A DNA stretch of 55,161 nucleotides, the filler included, from Jimgerdemannia flammicorona (Eukaryota): NCBI GenBank assembly GCA_003990765.1. It is 2 parts of 2 records of this genome, joined end to end, with 100 filler letters (N's around TTAATTAATTAA, not from the genome) between each part and the next. Parts side by side here need not be neighbours in the genome. Positions count along the whole stretch, not along the records: positions 27,643 to 55,161 come from RBNJ01000623.1; 1 more part is not named here. One strand, 5' to 3'. The translations under genes and the position numbers were made by a program. Below are positions 54,186 to 55,161 of the stretch, one piece after another. Below the pieces are notes generated by a model. That model ran no database searches, was not told where the DNA came from, and saw only the letters and a program-made list of their open reading frames with translations. Every line of letters starts with the position of its first letter. Position 1 is the stretch's first letter.

Positions 54186-54835
54186 ATTACCATGCCTTTA
54201 AACACATACATTCACAAATTATTTTAGAGTCTTAAGCACCTCTTTTTAATGACACGAGATCTTTACTCTTTGAAAATATTCTTTCAATTGGCATGCTTGT
54301 TGTGGGGATAGCTAAATAGTCACATGCTATTTTCATTAGATTTGGGAAATCTCTGTTATGGCTCTAATATTTTTCATAAATGATTAAATCAAAAAGAAAT
54401 TCTAAAATTTCAATTCGAATATATATATATATAAATTCTCAACTTACTTACCACCAAGATAATATATCAACTCTTGGTGGATATTCAACAGTTTCATGTT
54501 TCAAATAAATATCTACCTCTTACTTGGGAATCGCCATCAGTTTCTATTGTTTGCTGAACATATGTTCTTATAGTTCAGCATCTACATCATCTCCAGTATC
54601 TTCAATATTAGAACTTGCTTGATAAACTGATCCAGCTAGAGGGGTATAGGTTGCATTATAGGTTGTGTAAAATACATTTTTCGCCTCTTCAATCCACTCG
54701 GGTTCCCAATCGTGAGATATATAATATTGTAATTTAAGCCTGGGATCGAGTACTGGTTTTATTCAAAAAAGAAAAAAATTAGTTCAATTTCGAAATGCAG
54801 CCAACATCATTTCAAATATATATACTTACTGGTAC
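54186..54835 (-). pseudogene. hAT transposase C-terminus with dimerisation domain, intron-containing
   Basis: ILDPRLKLQYY; DILSWW; FPNLMKIACDYLAIPTTSMPIERIFS; CMCLKAW. Confidence 0.88.
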
Positions 54836-55161
54836 TGTAATAACTCTCACTTCTATCCCTCTCTTATCCTTAGGATAATTAGGGAAGTGGACTATTACTT
54901 AGGGACTTAGTACACAATATGCACCAAGAAGCCTTCGGTTTGAGGAAGCGCTCACTTAAAGTAGTTGTAGCGGCAGTGCCTTCTGTTTCAAAGGTCTTTC
55001 TCTTGTGCTCTATTTCGAGGGTCTTGTTCTTTGCTGTGCACAGACTGAATTTGCCTTGGAATTCAGGTTCAATGGGTTTACTTAAGTCTTTGGGGATTTA
55101 TATACCGGTCTCAGTTCTGGCAGAAGTTAGCTAGGCTTCTGGAGTTTAGTCAGAAACACTA
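54836..55161 (-). mobile_element. Probable LTR 3' end inserted in the hAT transposase
   Basis: Transposase similarity stops abruptly; insert ends ...gttattACA on the minus strand and has a tatataaat box ~55100. Confidence 0.55.

Larger units (their letters stand above)
52406..54835 (-). mobile_element. hAT transposon, 3' part with TIR, passenger ORF and transposase C-terminus
   Basis: TIR tagtgctccc at 52406; subterminal GATTC/GAATC repeats to ~52610. Confidence 0.85.

Overview
Eukaryotic, most likely fungal DNA (intron-rich genes; an early-diverging Mucoromycota-like lineage is my inference), about 90% decayed nested transposons around a 3.2-kb island with two minus-strand host genes (SRR1/BER1-like; partial M3 thimet-oligopeptidase-like). 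A 100-nt N gap with an artificial TTAATTAATTAA linker lies at 27543-27642. Mobile elements: three L1/Tx1-like LINEs, four hAT-family elements sharing a TAGTGCTC TIR, older Ty3/Gypsy remnants, and two copies of an unusual chromovirus-type Gypsy family. That family has ~2.08-kb LTRs whose U3 carries a ~365-codon ORF, a dUTPase between the Gag zinc knuckle and protease, and a ~320-codon ATG-less in-frame extension before Gag. One copy (14894-23744) has INVERTED 1469-bp LTRs yet is flanked by a perfect 5-bp target-site duplication (AGAAG), pointing to integration of an aberrant reverse-transcription product. Coordinates were counted by eye and may be off by a few bases.
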